A DNA stretch of 61,936 bases, filler included, from Nemertoderma westbladi (taxonomy: Eukaryota > Animalia > Xenacoelomorpha): the NCBI GenBank assembly GCA_032718475.1. It is 3 parts of 3 records of this genome, joined end to end, with 100 filler letters (N's around TTAATTAATTAA, not from the genome) between each part and the next. Parts side by side here need not be neighbours in the genome. Positions count along the whole stretch, not along the records: positions 1 to 25,177 come from JAUCBJ010004097.1; 2 more parts are not named here. One strand, given 5' to 3'. Positions 1 through 10,439 of the stretch are shown here, piece by piece. The notes beneath the pieces are model-generated. The model worked only from the letters and a program-made list of their open reading frames with translations, was not told where the DNA came from and made no database searches. Every line of letters starts with the position of its first letter. Position 1 is the first letter of the stretch. The translations under genes were made by a program, and so were the position numbers.

Positions 1-685
1 CGATGCCCTCCCTTGCGCCTCGTTGGGGCTGAAACTAACTGACACCCAGTTCCGGATCGCCATCGCCACCCGGCTCGGATGCAAGGTGGTGGAACCCCAC
101 ACCTGTGACCATTGCGGTAGTCCAGTCACCGCAGACGGCCTTCACGGCCTCTCCTGCCGGAGGAGTGCGGGCCGGCACCCCCGTCACACCATGATAAACA
201 ATTTGGTGAGGCGGGCACTGGTCAGCTGCGACATCCCGTCAGTCCTGGAACCCCCGGGTCTCTTCAGGAACGACGGGAAATGAGTGGACGGGGTGAGCCT
301 CGCCCCTTGGAGCGGGGGACGAAGCCTTACTTGGGACGCTACGGTAGTCGACCCCCTCGCCCCCAGCCACCTCCAACAGACCCTCATCGCCTGTGGGCGC
401 ACAGCTGAGGAGGCAGAGCGGAGGAAACGCGCGACGTACGCCGAGCTGGAGCAGCGGGGCCTCCACATTTTCCATCCTGTGGCCTTTGAGACCCTCGGCC
501 GCCCCGGCCCAGAGACTGCGGCCTTCCTCCGGGAGGTTGGCTCCCGAATGCACGCGTTCACCCACGAACCCCGCTCACTCCGCTTCCTCCTACAGCGGAT
601 TCAGGTGGCCATTCTAGTGGGCAACGCGGCGTCTGTTATGGCGACGGGCGGTCCCTCTCCGGGTGACCTATTCGATGAACCCTGA
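1..685 (+). mobile_element. 3' end of CRE-like non-LTR retrotransposon (zinc knuckle + restriction-like endonuclease), disrupted by one stop
   Basis: ORFs 23..283 and 284..685 are one frame split by TGA at 281. Motifs: CDHC..HGLSC knuckle, RH, LEP, K*VDG (usually KRPDG), WDAT, FHPVAFETLG, LQRIQVAILVGNA. Confidence 0.85.
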
Positions 686-1000
686 ACTCTTTTTACCTTT
701 TAACTCTTTTTTTTTCTGAACCCATTTAGTAATAAAGTTTAATAAACTCAGAGCTGACGATAAATTTGATTTGATATATGCAGATAAATTTGTAATGTAA
801 CTCTAGTTCATATCTTTAAATGTATTTCTTGAATAAGTATTAAAAAAAATAAAAAAAAATACAAAAAAAAAATAAAAAATATAAAAAAATAAAAAATATA
901 TATGATAAAAAAAATTAATAAAAAAAATTTATTGCAAGAAAAATTTTTTTTGCAAAAAAAATGTTGCAAAAAAATTTCACATGTAAAAAATATACTGCTT

Positions 1001-1165
1001 GTTACTACTACTAGGATCGGCATGCTGCATTGCAGCTGCATTTTTAAGAATGCTGTGCCGGCTTGTCGACAAAGTTGTGCCGCCACAATTCCTTATCACC
1101 CATGACATTTGCTAGATCATCCGCATCTTCAAGCCCAGTGTCCTTTAAGATGCGTCTCAAGAAAA
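1001..1165 (-). mobile_element. Short 5'-truncated copy (3' tip) of the RTE-B family found at 20506-22389
   Basis: Near-identical to 20506-20662, including the C-terminal peptide (RRILKDTGL..DKPAQHS) and the (TAG)n tail. Possible TSD TGCTT at 996-1000 and 1166-1170. Confidence 0.85.
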
Positions 1166-1290
1166 TGCTTAATCCATTCCAATAACAGTTCGGTATGGCT
1201 GTTGCTCTCCGTCTTGGCGCACCTGTTTGCTCTTCCCACGCTTGTGTGTGTGGCGCCGTCGTTGATGCTTCAGCTAGCCATGCCTTAGTC

Positions 1291-4200
1291 ATGCAGTTTT
1301 TATCCTTTGAGTCAGACTACAGCCAGACAGCACAATGTCACCGCTCTTAATCTCCACAGTTTTCATCGTTCTGGGCCGTTTCCTTGTGGCAGAACCATCC
1401 GATCCGCGGGGTAACCCTGCAACCCACCCAATACCCGTATTGGACTGGTTTGCCGAACACCCTGTCGTGACCATTTCGAACTGCCGCGCCGAATCGACGG
1501 AGATGTGGTCGACGAGTGGATTTAGCCTCTGCTGCTCTCGTCGGGGAAGAAGATCTTGGGTCTCCTCTCCACGAACTAGAGGCGTAATCGCCAAACTCTG
1601 CCTTCTGTCTCTGGCTGGGGATATTGAGACCAACCCAGGACCCAGCAGGACGCGAGCCCCGAAGATCAGCTGTCCCGTCTGTCAACGAGGAACAAACTCT
1701 CGGAGTAAGATCGTCCAATGCGAGAGTTGTGACACATTTGTACATTTAACAACATCTGCAAACTCCAAGTGATGCTGAGAGTGAAACTTTTTTAAGAAAA
1801 AAGGTCTGCATTTTTTGCATATTGATATAGTAGAGGGGTGTGAAGATCTTTTTACTAGTGACCCACTGAGAATAATTAAGTTGAGTATTCCAGCAATATT
1901 TCGGCCACAGGCCTTTTTCTAGCTGTCCGGTATATGGTTTACAACAGAAAAAACATAAGTTACAGCACAAATATACCAGACAGCTAGAAAAAAACCTGTG
2001 GCCGAAATATTGCTGGAATACTCAACTTAATTATTCTCAGTGGGTCACTAGTAAAAAGATCTTCACACCCCTCTACTATATCATGATACCTCCAGTGACC
2101 AGGGCTCGCACTACATTTCAGAATTTTTTGCATTTAAATGCACGATCTCTGCTTCCCAAACTTTCCGAAATTCGTATTTTAATCAATAAATCCAACCCAG
2201 CAGTTTTAACAATCTCTGAAACTTGGCTCGATGATAGCGTTTCTGATGGAGAAATTTATAGTGATAATTACGTAGTTTTACGTAAGGATAGGGACAGACA
2301 CAGTGGTGGTGTCTGTACTTACATTTGATGTGATTTAGCTTTTAATCGTAGGGAAGATTTAGAGACTTGTGACGAAGTTTTACTGGTGGAACTTTTACTT
2401 CCTAAAACTAAAGCTATTTTAATCGGTACTTTATATCGGCCCCCTAAACAATCAGATTTTTTGCAAAATTTTGAAAATACAATTTTATGTAATCTTAGGT
2501 CAGACTGTGAAATATATTTCTTAGGTGATTTTAATATCTGTTACCATAACAAAGCATCCCCCATCTGTAAACAGTACCAAAGTATTTTAAATTTGTTTGG
2601 TTTAAAACAAATTATTCGAGATTCTACCAGAATTACCAGTAAAACTTCTACTTTACTAGATCACATCCTTTGTAATAATACCGATATTATTTCTCAATCT
2701 GGGGTTTTACCTATAGGTCTAAGCGATCATTTTATAGTTTTTTGCACAATAAAGACACAAACATCTTTTTTCGGGGATCATAAAAAAGTAACAGTTAGGT
2801 CTATGAAAAATTACAGCAAGGAACGCTTTTTAAGTTTGTTAGTTAATTCTGACTGGGAACCCTGTTTTAAGTCCACTGACATTAACCATGCGTACACTGT
2901 TTTTAAATATATTATATTTCTAAAGGCACTTAATACTGTAGCACCAATTAAATAAATTAGTCTTAAACAACGTACTGAGCCCTGGATGACCTCGGGTATT
3001 CTTAGTAATATCAGAGAAAGAGATAACTATTTGTATAAATTTAGGAAATACCGTGTTTTAGCTGATTATAATAATTACTGCAATAATATAGAAACCTTGT
3101 CCAACGGGAAATAAAAAAAGCTAAATCTGAATATTTGTACAACAAAATAAGTGAGAATAAAGATAATCCTAAAAGTCTATGGTCTACCCTAAAATCTTTC
3201 GGTTATAAAAACCTTAAATCTAAATCGAATATTGTTCTGCAAGATAACGGTGTGCTGATTCATGATCATACTCTAGTTAGTAATTTATTTAATAATTATT
3301 TTACTAATGTTGCCTCTAATTTAGTTAAGAAGTTACCGTTATCAAGTAATAAATATAGTATAGGGTAAACTCTAAATAATTTTTATTTATAAAAGTTACA
3401 AAATTCAGAAAAGTTATTTTTAAAACCCGTTTCTGAGGATTTCGTTTTTCAAAATCTACTTAACCTATCAGCCTCAAAAAGTACCGGTCTAGACCTAATA
3501 CCTGCCCGTTTTCTTAAGGATGGTGCTGAAGTACTTAAAGTGCCTATTACTTTTATTATTAATTACTCTATCGCAGATAATGTAGTACCAGACGAACTGA
3601 AATTAGCTAAGGTTGTTCCTATGTATAAAAAGAATAGTTAAGTAGAACCCTGTAATTACAGACCTGTTAGTATCTAAAGTTACCTGTTAGTATTGTATCT
3701 AAAATTCTAGAACGTTCTGATTTTCTACAGCTGGAAGCACATCTTAGTAGGCTAAATCTGATCTATGAACTTCAGTCCGGTTTTCGTAAATCATATTCTA
3801 CAGACACCTGCCTTATTAACTTAACTGATACAATTAGATGTAATAACGCAAAGGGTTTATATACTGGTATGGTAATGTTGGACCTACAAAAGGCTTTCGA
3901 TACTGTAGATCACGAAATTCTGCTTGGTAAGTTAGGCCTGATGGGTGTAGGTTCTATAGACTAGTTCAAGACCTACCTGTCAGACAGAGGTCAAACTGTA
4001 GTCATTAGCAAATCGCAGTCTACTGTACAAGAGATTACCTGTGGTGTACCGCAAGGTAGTATATTAGGTCCTCTGCTTTTTGTATGCTATGTAAATGATA
4101 TGATAAGTAGTATAAATCCCGATTTTAAACTCATTTTATATGCCGACGACAGTGCTCTTATTTTCTCTCATAAAGATCCTATCCATATTTCCCAAAAGTT

Positions 4201-5340
4201 AAGTGCAGTTCTAGAATCCTGTAATGAGTGGTTAGTTGATAATAAGCTATCCATTCACTACGGTAAAACTGAAAGTATTTTGTTTGGTTCCAAAAGAAAG
4301 TTAAAGAAGGTAACTAAGTTTGAAGTCACTAGTAATGGACATAAGATTGAAAATAAAAAGGAAGTTAAATATTTAGGCGCCACATTGGATAACTGCTTAT
4401 CAGGAGAAAGTACAGTGAAAAATATTTTCTCGAAAGTTAACAGTAGGCTTAGGTTTCTATACAGAAATAAAAATAGTTTAAACACCGACTCCCGCAGGTT
4501 ACTTTGCTCTTCTTTAATACAGTGTCACATGGACTATGCGTGCTCTTCTTGGTATGAAGGCTTAACCAAACAGCTTAAATGTAAATCACAAGTAGCTCAG
4601 AATAAAGTAGTACGATTTATTAAAGACTACAAACCTAGGCACCACCTAACTCCAGATGACTTTCCTGAATCTGGACTACTTTACTTAGATAGTAGAGTTA
4701 AGCAGCTACGCCTTAACCATGTGCATAAAGTGTATAATGGTAAATGTCCCAATTACCTAAAACAAAAATTCAACAGAGTACGCGATACACACTCTTACAG
4801 TACCAGAGCTAGTGCTTCAAACTTCTACCTCCCGAATTGTAAATCCTTTGAATCTGATACTTTCTTTTTTAACGGCATTAAAAATTGGAACACTCTGCCT
4901 AATGAAATTAAAAACCTAAATAATCAACATTCTTTTAAATCTGCCGTTAAATCTCACCTCCGTGTGCAATGTAAAAATAGGTACAATAGTCCTACAGTAA
5001 GTTATTAGTTTATTAATTATTTACTATTTATACTGTAAATACGTTTTATATTAAATTGTTCTGTACATTACATCTTTATCGTTGAGTCGGACATTGTCAC
5101 GCTCTTGGTAAAGTTGTACATGTACATAGTGTAATTACGTTTTATATTGGTTTTAGGTTAGCCTAGTGTAATATTGTATTGGTAACCAAGTAACATAAAG
5201 GACCCCCTTGGAAATAAGCTGCAAAGCTTTAGGGGTAATCCTATATGTTATGTTGGACAATACCTTTATACCGGTACATTGTTTGGTGTATTTGTTATTG
5301 TTTTTACATAATGTATAATAAATAAATCTATCTATCTATC
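1291..5340 (+). mobile_element. CR1-group LINE, degraded, with 2A-like motif, PHD remnant, AP endonuclease and RT
   Basis: DIETNPGP at 1620-1643; CPVC..CESC..H PHD start; APE motifs HLNARSL, ISETWL, GDFN, SDH; RT motifs LDLQKAFD, GVPQGSILGP, YADD. 3' stem-loop GGACCCC..GGGGTAATCC, AATAAA and (ATCT)n tail. TSD TAGTC at 1286-1290 and 5341-5345. Confidence 0.92.
1821..2122. mobile_element. MITE-like palindromic insertion inside the CR1 ORF
   Basis: Near-perfect inverted arms of about 110 bp spanning 1823-2083. The 11-bp direct repeat ATTTTTTGCAT at 1810-1820 and 2123-2133 flanks it. Removing the insert restores KGLHFLHLNARSL. Confidence 0.85.
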
Positions 5341-7039
5341 TAGTCTGCAAGTTTGCCAAGAGCCGACATGCACGACACCGCCTGTGCAATGACACCATCT
5401 ACCATCAACCGCGCCCTCCAATCCGCTGAGGTACCCGCAACCCTTGAACCAGTCGGGCTCAGCAATGACAACGACCTAAAGCGCCCCGATGGAGCCACTC
5501 TGCTCCCTTGGTCAAACGGCAAAGCCCTCGTGTGGGACTTTACCTGCACCCATCGCCTTGCTGCCTCATACTCAAATGCCGCATGTTTAGATGGCTCAAC
5601 AGTCGCTGAATTGGCAGAAGGGCGGAAGCTTGCTAAGTATTGGAACTTTACCAAAGACTACTTAGTCCATCCAGCCTGTCGCTGTGGAGACGCTTGGTGG
5701 CATAGGCCCTTCATCCTTGTGATTCCTTCGGCAGTTAGGCCACTGCTTGGAGATGGTCAGCGGCAACAAGAGGTCTACGCAATTCCTGCGTCAACGTCTT
5801 GGGATAGCAATCCTAGCTGGGAAGGCCTCCTGCATAAAGGAGTCATTCAACCTCCCCGAGAACCGCTGCTACCGGGAGACCAACATGGCACCTTAATCCC
5901 ACCCCCCCCCCCCCCCCTCCCCCCCCCCCTCCATTATTTTAATTTTAAATTTCTTTGTCTTATTCTATACAATTTAATTAATTCGAAACAAATATTCCAA
6001 TTATGTAGTACATTTAGTGTTTATATTATTTTTTAATAATGTTTTACCCATCGTGCGTGTTGGTGTATTAGCCATCAAATATATATCTTTTATTATTATT
6101 TGATGATAATGTTTATCAATTAAAATGAAAATTTGTTTATGGTTTTTTTTATGAATTTTTTTATTATATGAATTTTTTTATGTAAAATATTTGTTTTTAT
6201 GTAAAATGGGTATTATTATTTGTTGTAGGCATGGTTATGTTGAGATCCAACGAGATCTTTAATTGCACTTTATAATGGGACATTACCCAGTAGTTTCTAT
6301 GACCGATAAGACGGTGCCAATATTGCGACGTAATATTTCAGACATTACCAGTACCCTGCAAGAGTTACGGGTGATGGGCAAACCTAGGCTGGACTATCCG
6401 AGGACTGGAGAATGCATGGGACTTATTGAGTAGTCTGACAGTATGACTGCTATGACATCAACGCCAAGCTTCCAATGCGTCGGTTTTATAAAGTAACTCA
6501 CTCTGCCATCATCTGGTGCCTGGCTACGTTGACCTTGACACTCATTGTATTTGAGCTGTAGGCCTCCCTGCCTATTAACCCGAGCTGCCACACAATAATT
6601 CGGACTCATATTTATGTTCACACCAAATATCTATGGAGAATTCGGTCGGCCCGGAACAAACTGGACGGATACAGGTACAGAAACTTTTCAAAGCAAGTGC
6701 AAGGCTGAAGGGAAAATAGTTATAGTGTTTGTATACCAGGCAGCCAGTGGTGTCTGCCTTTCGCAGTGTCGCCGATGTGGTAATAAAGACTTTCGATGAT
6801 ATTAATTAACCTGAGATGTGATTTGTGCCCAGCTTCCCCCCACCCTGACTCGAGTTAGGGAATATTGGGGGGAGTACTTGAAATCTTTAATTCACAGAAT
6901 GGCAGCCCAAACCCAAATTAAAAGAGTTGTTACTGCAACACTAAGATAAACAGAGCATTGTATTGGTTTTTTCTCTAATGTTACTGTATATTAGGTTAAT
7001 AGATATTTATTTAATTAATCCATTGTTCCCTCTTTTGTT

Positions 7040-7287
7040 GGAGTGCAGATTAAAAGGGGTATGGAAGGGGTGGAATTGTCCCCGCTTCTTTGATTGATTG
7101 GCAGTTTGGGATAATTTCTTAAATACCGTTTTTGTGGTAGAATCGCTCAATAATAAATTTGTGTCTCATAATAATGACCAACTAATTAAACCGAATCATC
7201 TCTGAATGAACCATCTCTGAAGCATCCCTATCCCACATCAAATGTTTAACTGAGCCTCGTGCTGCGTGAAGGCCCCTCGAGCATGTT
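7040..7287 (+). repeat. Dispersed repeat family, copy 1 (others at about 15482-15637 and 43700-43858)
   Basis: Shared GTGCAGATTAA..GGG start, TTTGATT..TTTGTG core and GC-rich end AACTG(A/G)GC..CGTGCTGCG.GAAGGCCCC. Confidence 0.7.
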
Positions 7288-8164
7288 ATATTACTGTATA
7301 GGAGTTAGTGTTTACTTTGATGCCGCTATTTATATGTGTTATATTACACATAGTATATGCCATATACATAACTGAGACTTAGAACTTGTTTTGTATAGGA
7401 AACTGAATATAAAAGGCGGTATATATCGATTATCGATTATAATAGCGGGGTATTTTTCCTTTACAACCCCATTTATTATGTTGAATTAGAAATAATAATA
7501 ATGATAATCAATAACAGCAGATCGAAAAAACAGATGGGATATTTAGACAAAATGATCGGCTGTAATAAATGCGTTATAATAAAGAATTGCAAAGACTGAT
7601 CAAACTTATGCTTATATATTGTTAGTTCCTTGTTTAATAAAACCCGCACTCTCTCTGCATGCGATATGGAATTCTTATTGTCTAGGCTATATAATCCTTT
7701 CAGAGTAATCAATAAAATTATTTATCACAATTATTATTTTGTTCATGAATAATTTAACGTGCTATATATGCAGTAATGCATTAAACTCCCGACTTAGGAT
7801 TACGGTTTATATAAAACATTAAATCGTTCAAAGGAATGAGTATTAGTAGGATGTTAGAGTGTGTGTCAGGAAATAATTACAAAAAAACACCTGCGTTTTT
7901 GCTAGGGAGAACGTTCTCCTGTTATCCTGTCCACGTCCTATATAATACAATCACTTCATTCAATCAGCATACAACCCAAAAGCTTTGTAATCAATTCAAA
8001 CAACATTTCTTGTATTATAAATTACCTCCAGGGTCCTTATCTAGAGCAACCAGAGACCTCCCCGCTAGAGCAACCAGGGACCTGTTCCTGTATACCCTCG
8101 AAGCAGGAAAAAGTCACCCTGGACGGACCACAGTATTCGGAAGTGCCGACTGACTGGGTGGTAT

Positions 8165-9345
8165 AGCCAACCACCCACCAAGGTAAAGGCAGAATCACCA
8201 GCCGATCACCTCAATAATGGTGGGAAGGCCCACTTTGAAAAGCTCCTCAATAATGACAGTGTATTGCCTGATAACAATATAGTCGTAAAAGTGTCTTTAC
8301 TCCCAGATATTCCTATTGGCGATATCTCCTTTGCTGAAGTGAAGGCTGCTGCAAAGAGCATTAAGACCAATCTTGCAAGTGGAGTAGATGGCGACCCCTC
8401 CCCCCCCCCCCCCCCCCCCGAGGTATTTAAAATACCAGAGTGTTTGGAGCTCATTTACTGCATCATAGTAAACATATACAGAATGAAAACAATTAAGTTA
8501 GTGCCAGTTCCCAAGAAGGGCAACCTAACACTCTGGGGATCTTTTCGGGGGCTCTAATTGATCTCAATCGCTGTAAAGCTATACAATAGAATTCTATTAA
8601 ATCGCATCAGGGGTCCCATTGAGAGACTGCTCCGTGGAAATCAGAATGGGTTCCGTAAAGGTCGTGGGACCATGGAGCCCGTTTTGGCACTTAGAAGGAT
8701 AATTGAAGAGTTGAAGAGAAAAAGAAAGACAGACAAAGATCTGGCTGTTATCTTTGTTGACTTTTTCAAAGCCTTTGATTCAGTCTTTCGCTTATGCATG
8801 TTCGGCATACTTTCATTATATGGAATTCCTCATGAAATTATTACAACTATCAGATCAGTATAGGATGGTTCGTACACATTTACGTCGACCATTCGAAGTT
8901 TTATGAGGAGTCCTGCCAAATCAAGGAAATCCAGCCTACTACCTAACTTATCTAGACTTTCCTGATGACTTAGGAATACTCTCAGAATCGCTAGAGTTAG
9001 GTAGCCCAACATCTCTTCACCTCATTTGAACAGGCTGTTTCTCGTGTTGGTCTTTTTGTTTACTCCAAAAAGACCAACTTTTCAAAAGTTAACTTTGAAA
9101 GTCTTCAGGAAATGTCTGATCGATGAGTTCAAACGATGGTATGCTTAAGCATGTGGATTGCCTTCTATTACCCGGGATTATGGACCCGGAAGTCAGGTAA
9201 GGTTCTTCGAATTTGTAAGGGAAAGGCATGGGCAGAATTGAATGGGCTTTCCAGGATTTGGAAGTCGCACAGAATACATGGGAAACTTTAGGTCCAATTA
9301 TTTAGAGCAGCAGTAGTACCAGTACTCCTCTATGGGAGTCAAGCA
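8165..9345 (+). mobile_element. Old degraded RTE fragment related to RTE-B
   Basis: ORFs 8264..8557 and 8558..8863 match the 20542..22152 protein (PDIPIGDISFAEVKAAAK, NQNGFRKGRGT, VDFFKAFDSV), with stops, deletions and a poly-C expansion. Flanked on both sides by short AGAGCAACCAGGGACC repeats. Confidence 0.85.
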
Positions 9346-9572
9346 TCTCAATGTGCAGTTTCAATGCCTCTTGCCGATTATAATAACCAAGGAACTCCTA
9401 GCTAGAGCAAGAGGAACCTCCCACCCAGCTAGAGCAACCAGGGACTCCCATGCTAGAGCAACCAGGGACCTCAATACCCCTTGATCCTGGGTTATGGGCC
9501 CAACCCCAATTATGAAATAATCATATACTGTATATTAATAAACTGACAATAACTAAATATTTGAAAGTAATT

Positions 9573-9851
9573 ATGGTTGGGATTACCATCTTCATTTTGT
9601 ACAATGTGGTAAGTTTATCATATGGTGGACACTACATGAATACTTTCTGCACTAACCAGACCCCATCTGGAGTTTCTACCAAAGCCACATCTTCCATGGA
9701 CTGCAGCATTGATTGCGAGTGGAATAGCCAATGCTGGTCTTTCATCTTCACTGATAGATGCGAAATATATGAAGAGGATTGTCTGGCAGATATGGAGAAC
9801 TGGGATGTTGAAACTCTGGGGAAACGATGGATAAGCAAGAAAAAAGGTTAA
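9573..9851 (+). CDS. Probable host coding exon: signal peptide + PAN/Apple-like domain (small secreted protein or first exon)
   Basis: ATG at 9573 starts a hydrophobic leader (MVGITIFILYNVVSLSYG), followed by the PAN-type pattern CSIDC-x5-CWSFIF-x3-CEIY. It ends at TAA 9849-9851 or at a phase-1 donor G|GTTAAA at 9847. Confidence 0.65.
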   Translation: MVGITIFILYNVVSLSYGGHYMNTFCTNQTPSGVSTKATSSMDCSIDCEWNSQCWSFIFTDRCEIYEEDCLADMENWDVETLGKRWISKKKG

Positions 9852-10019
9852 ATTATATATTTATTCTGTAATATAAAATATTAGGATATATTGGTATCGT
9901 AACTTTTATATTAGAATATTAATATAGTAAATAAATTAAATTAAATATAATTACAGGCCTTCAAGCAGGTAAGATAGTAAACCCATCATGTTAGATGTAG
10001 CACCAAAAATTATATATTG

Positions 10020-10310
10020 AATATAAATCTCAAATAATAGACATAAATTAATTACAGACGTACAGTAGACAATTACATCCGACACACAGGCAAATGAACG
10101 GACAATTAAGTCGACACCGACTCACAAGCAAACATGTTAGTAAACATTAAATATAAATCTAGATTCGAATATTTAATATAAATCTCAAATATTAGACATA
10201 AGATTAATTACAGATGTACAGAAGACAATTACATCAGACACACAGATACGACAATAAACGGACAATTAAATCGACACAAACCCACAAACAAACATGTTAG
10301 TTAAACATTG
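10020..10310. repeat. Tandem duplication, about 155-bp unit, 2 diverged copies
   Basis: AATATAAATCTCAAATA.TAGACATAA..AAACATGTTAGT is present twice. Confidence 0.75.
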
Positions 10311-10439
10311 AATCATTCTACCATCATCCGTAAATATTGACCCTAGGTACGTATAATTGTTACAGTACGAAATAATTAAATCATCAACGCATAGATCATA
10401 TTTATCTATCTTTTTACCATTTATTACAATATACGCATA

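Larger units (their letters stand above)
1171..5897 (+). mobile_element. Second CRE-like RLE element fragment, split by the CR1 insertion (pieces about 1171-1290 and 5341-5897)
   Basis: Left piece reads AVALRLGAPVCSSHACVCGAVVDASASHALV. Right piece resumes CKFAKSRHARH..INRAL..LEP..KRPDG..WDFT. Together they complete the CCHC knuckle and the RLE, with frameshifts. Confidence 0.85.

Noticed and set aside
808-1105. Hydrophobic or Lys-rich ORFs
   Set aside because: Low-complexity A-rich tract plus the RTE tail.
6250-6800. Coding-like block with short ORFs
   Set aside because: No recognisable motif or consistent frame.
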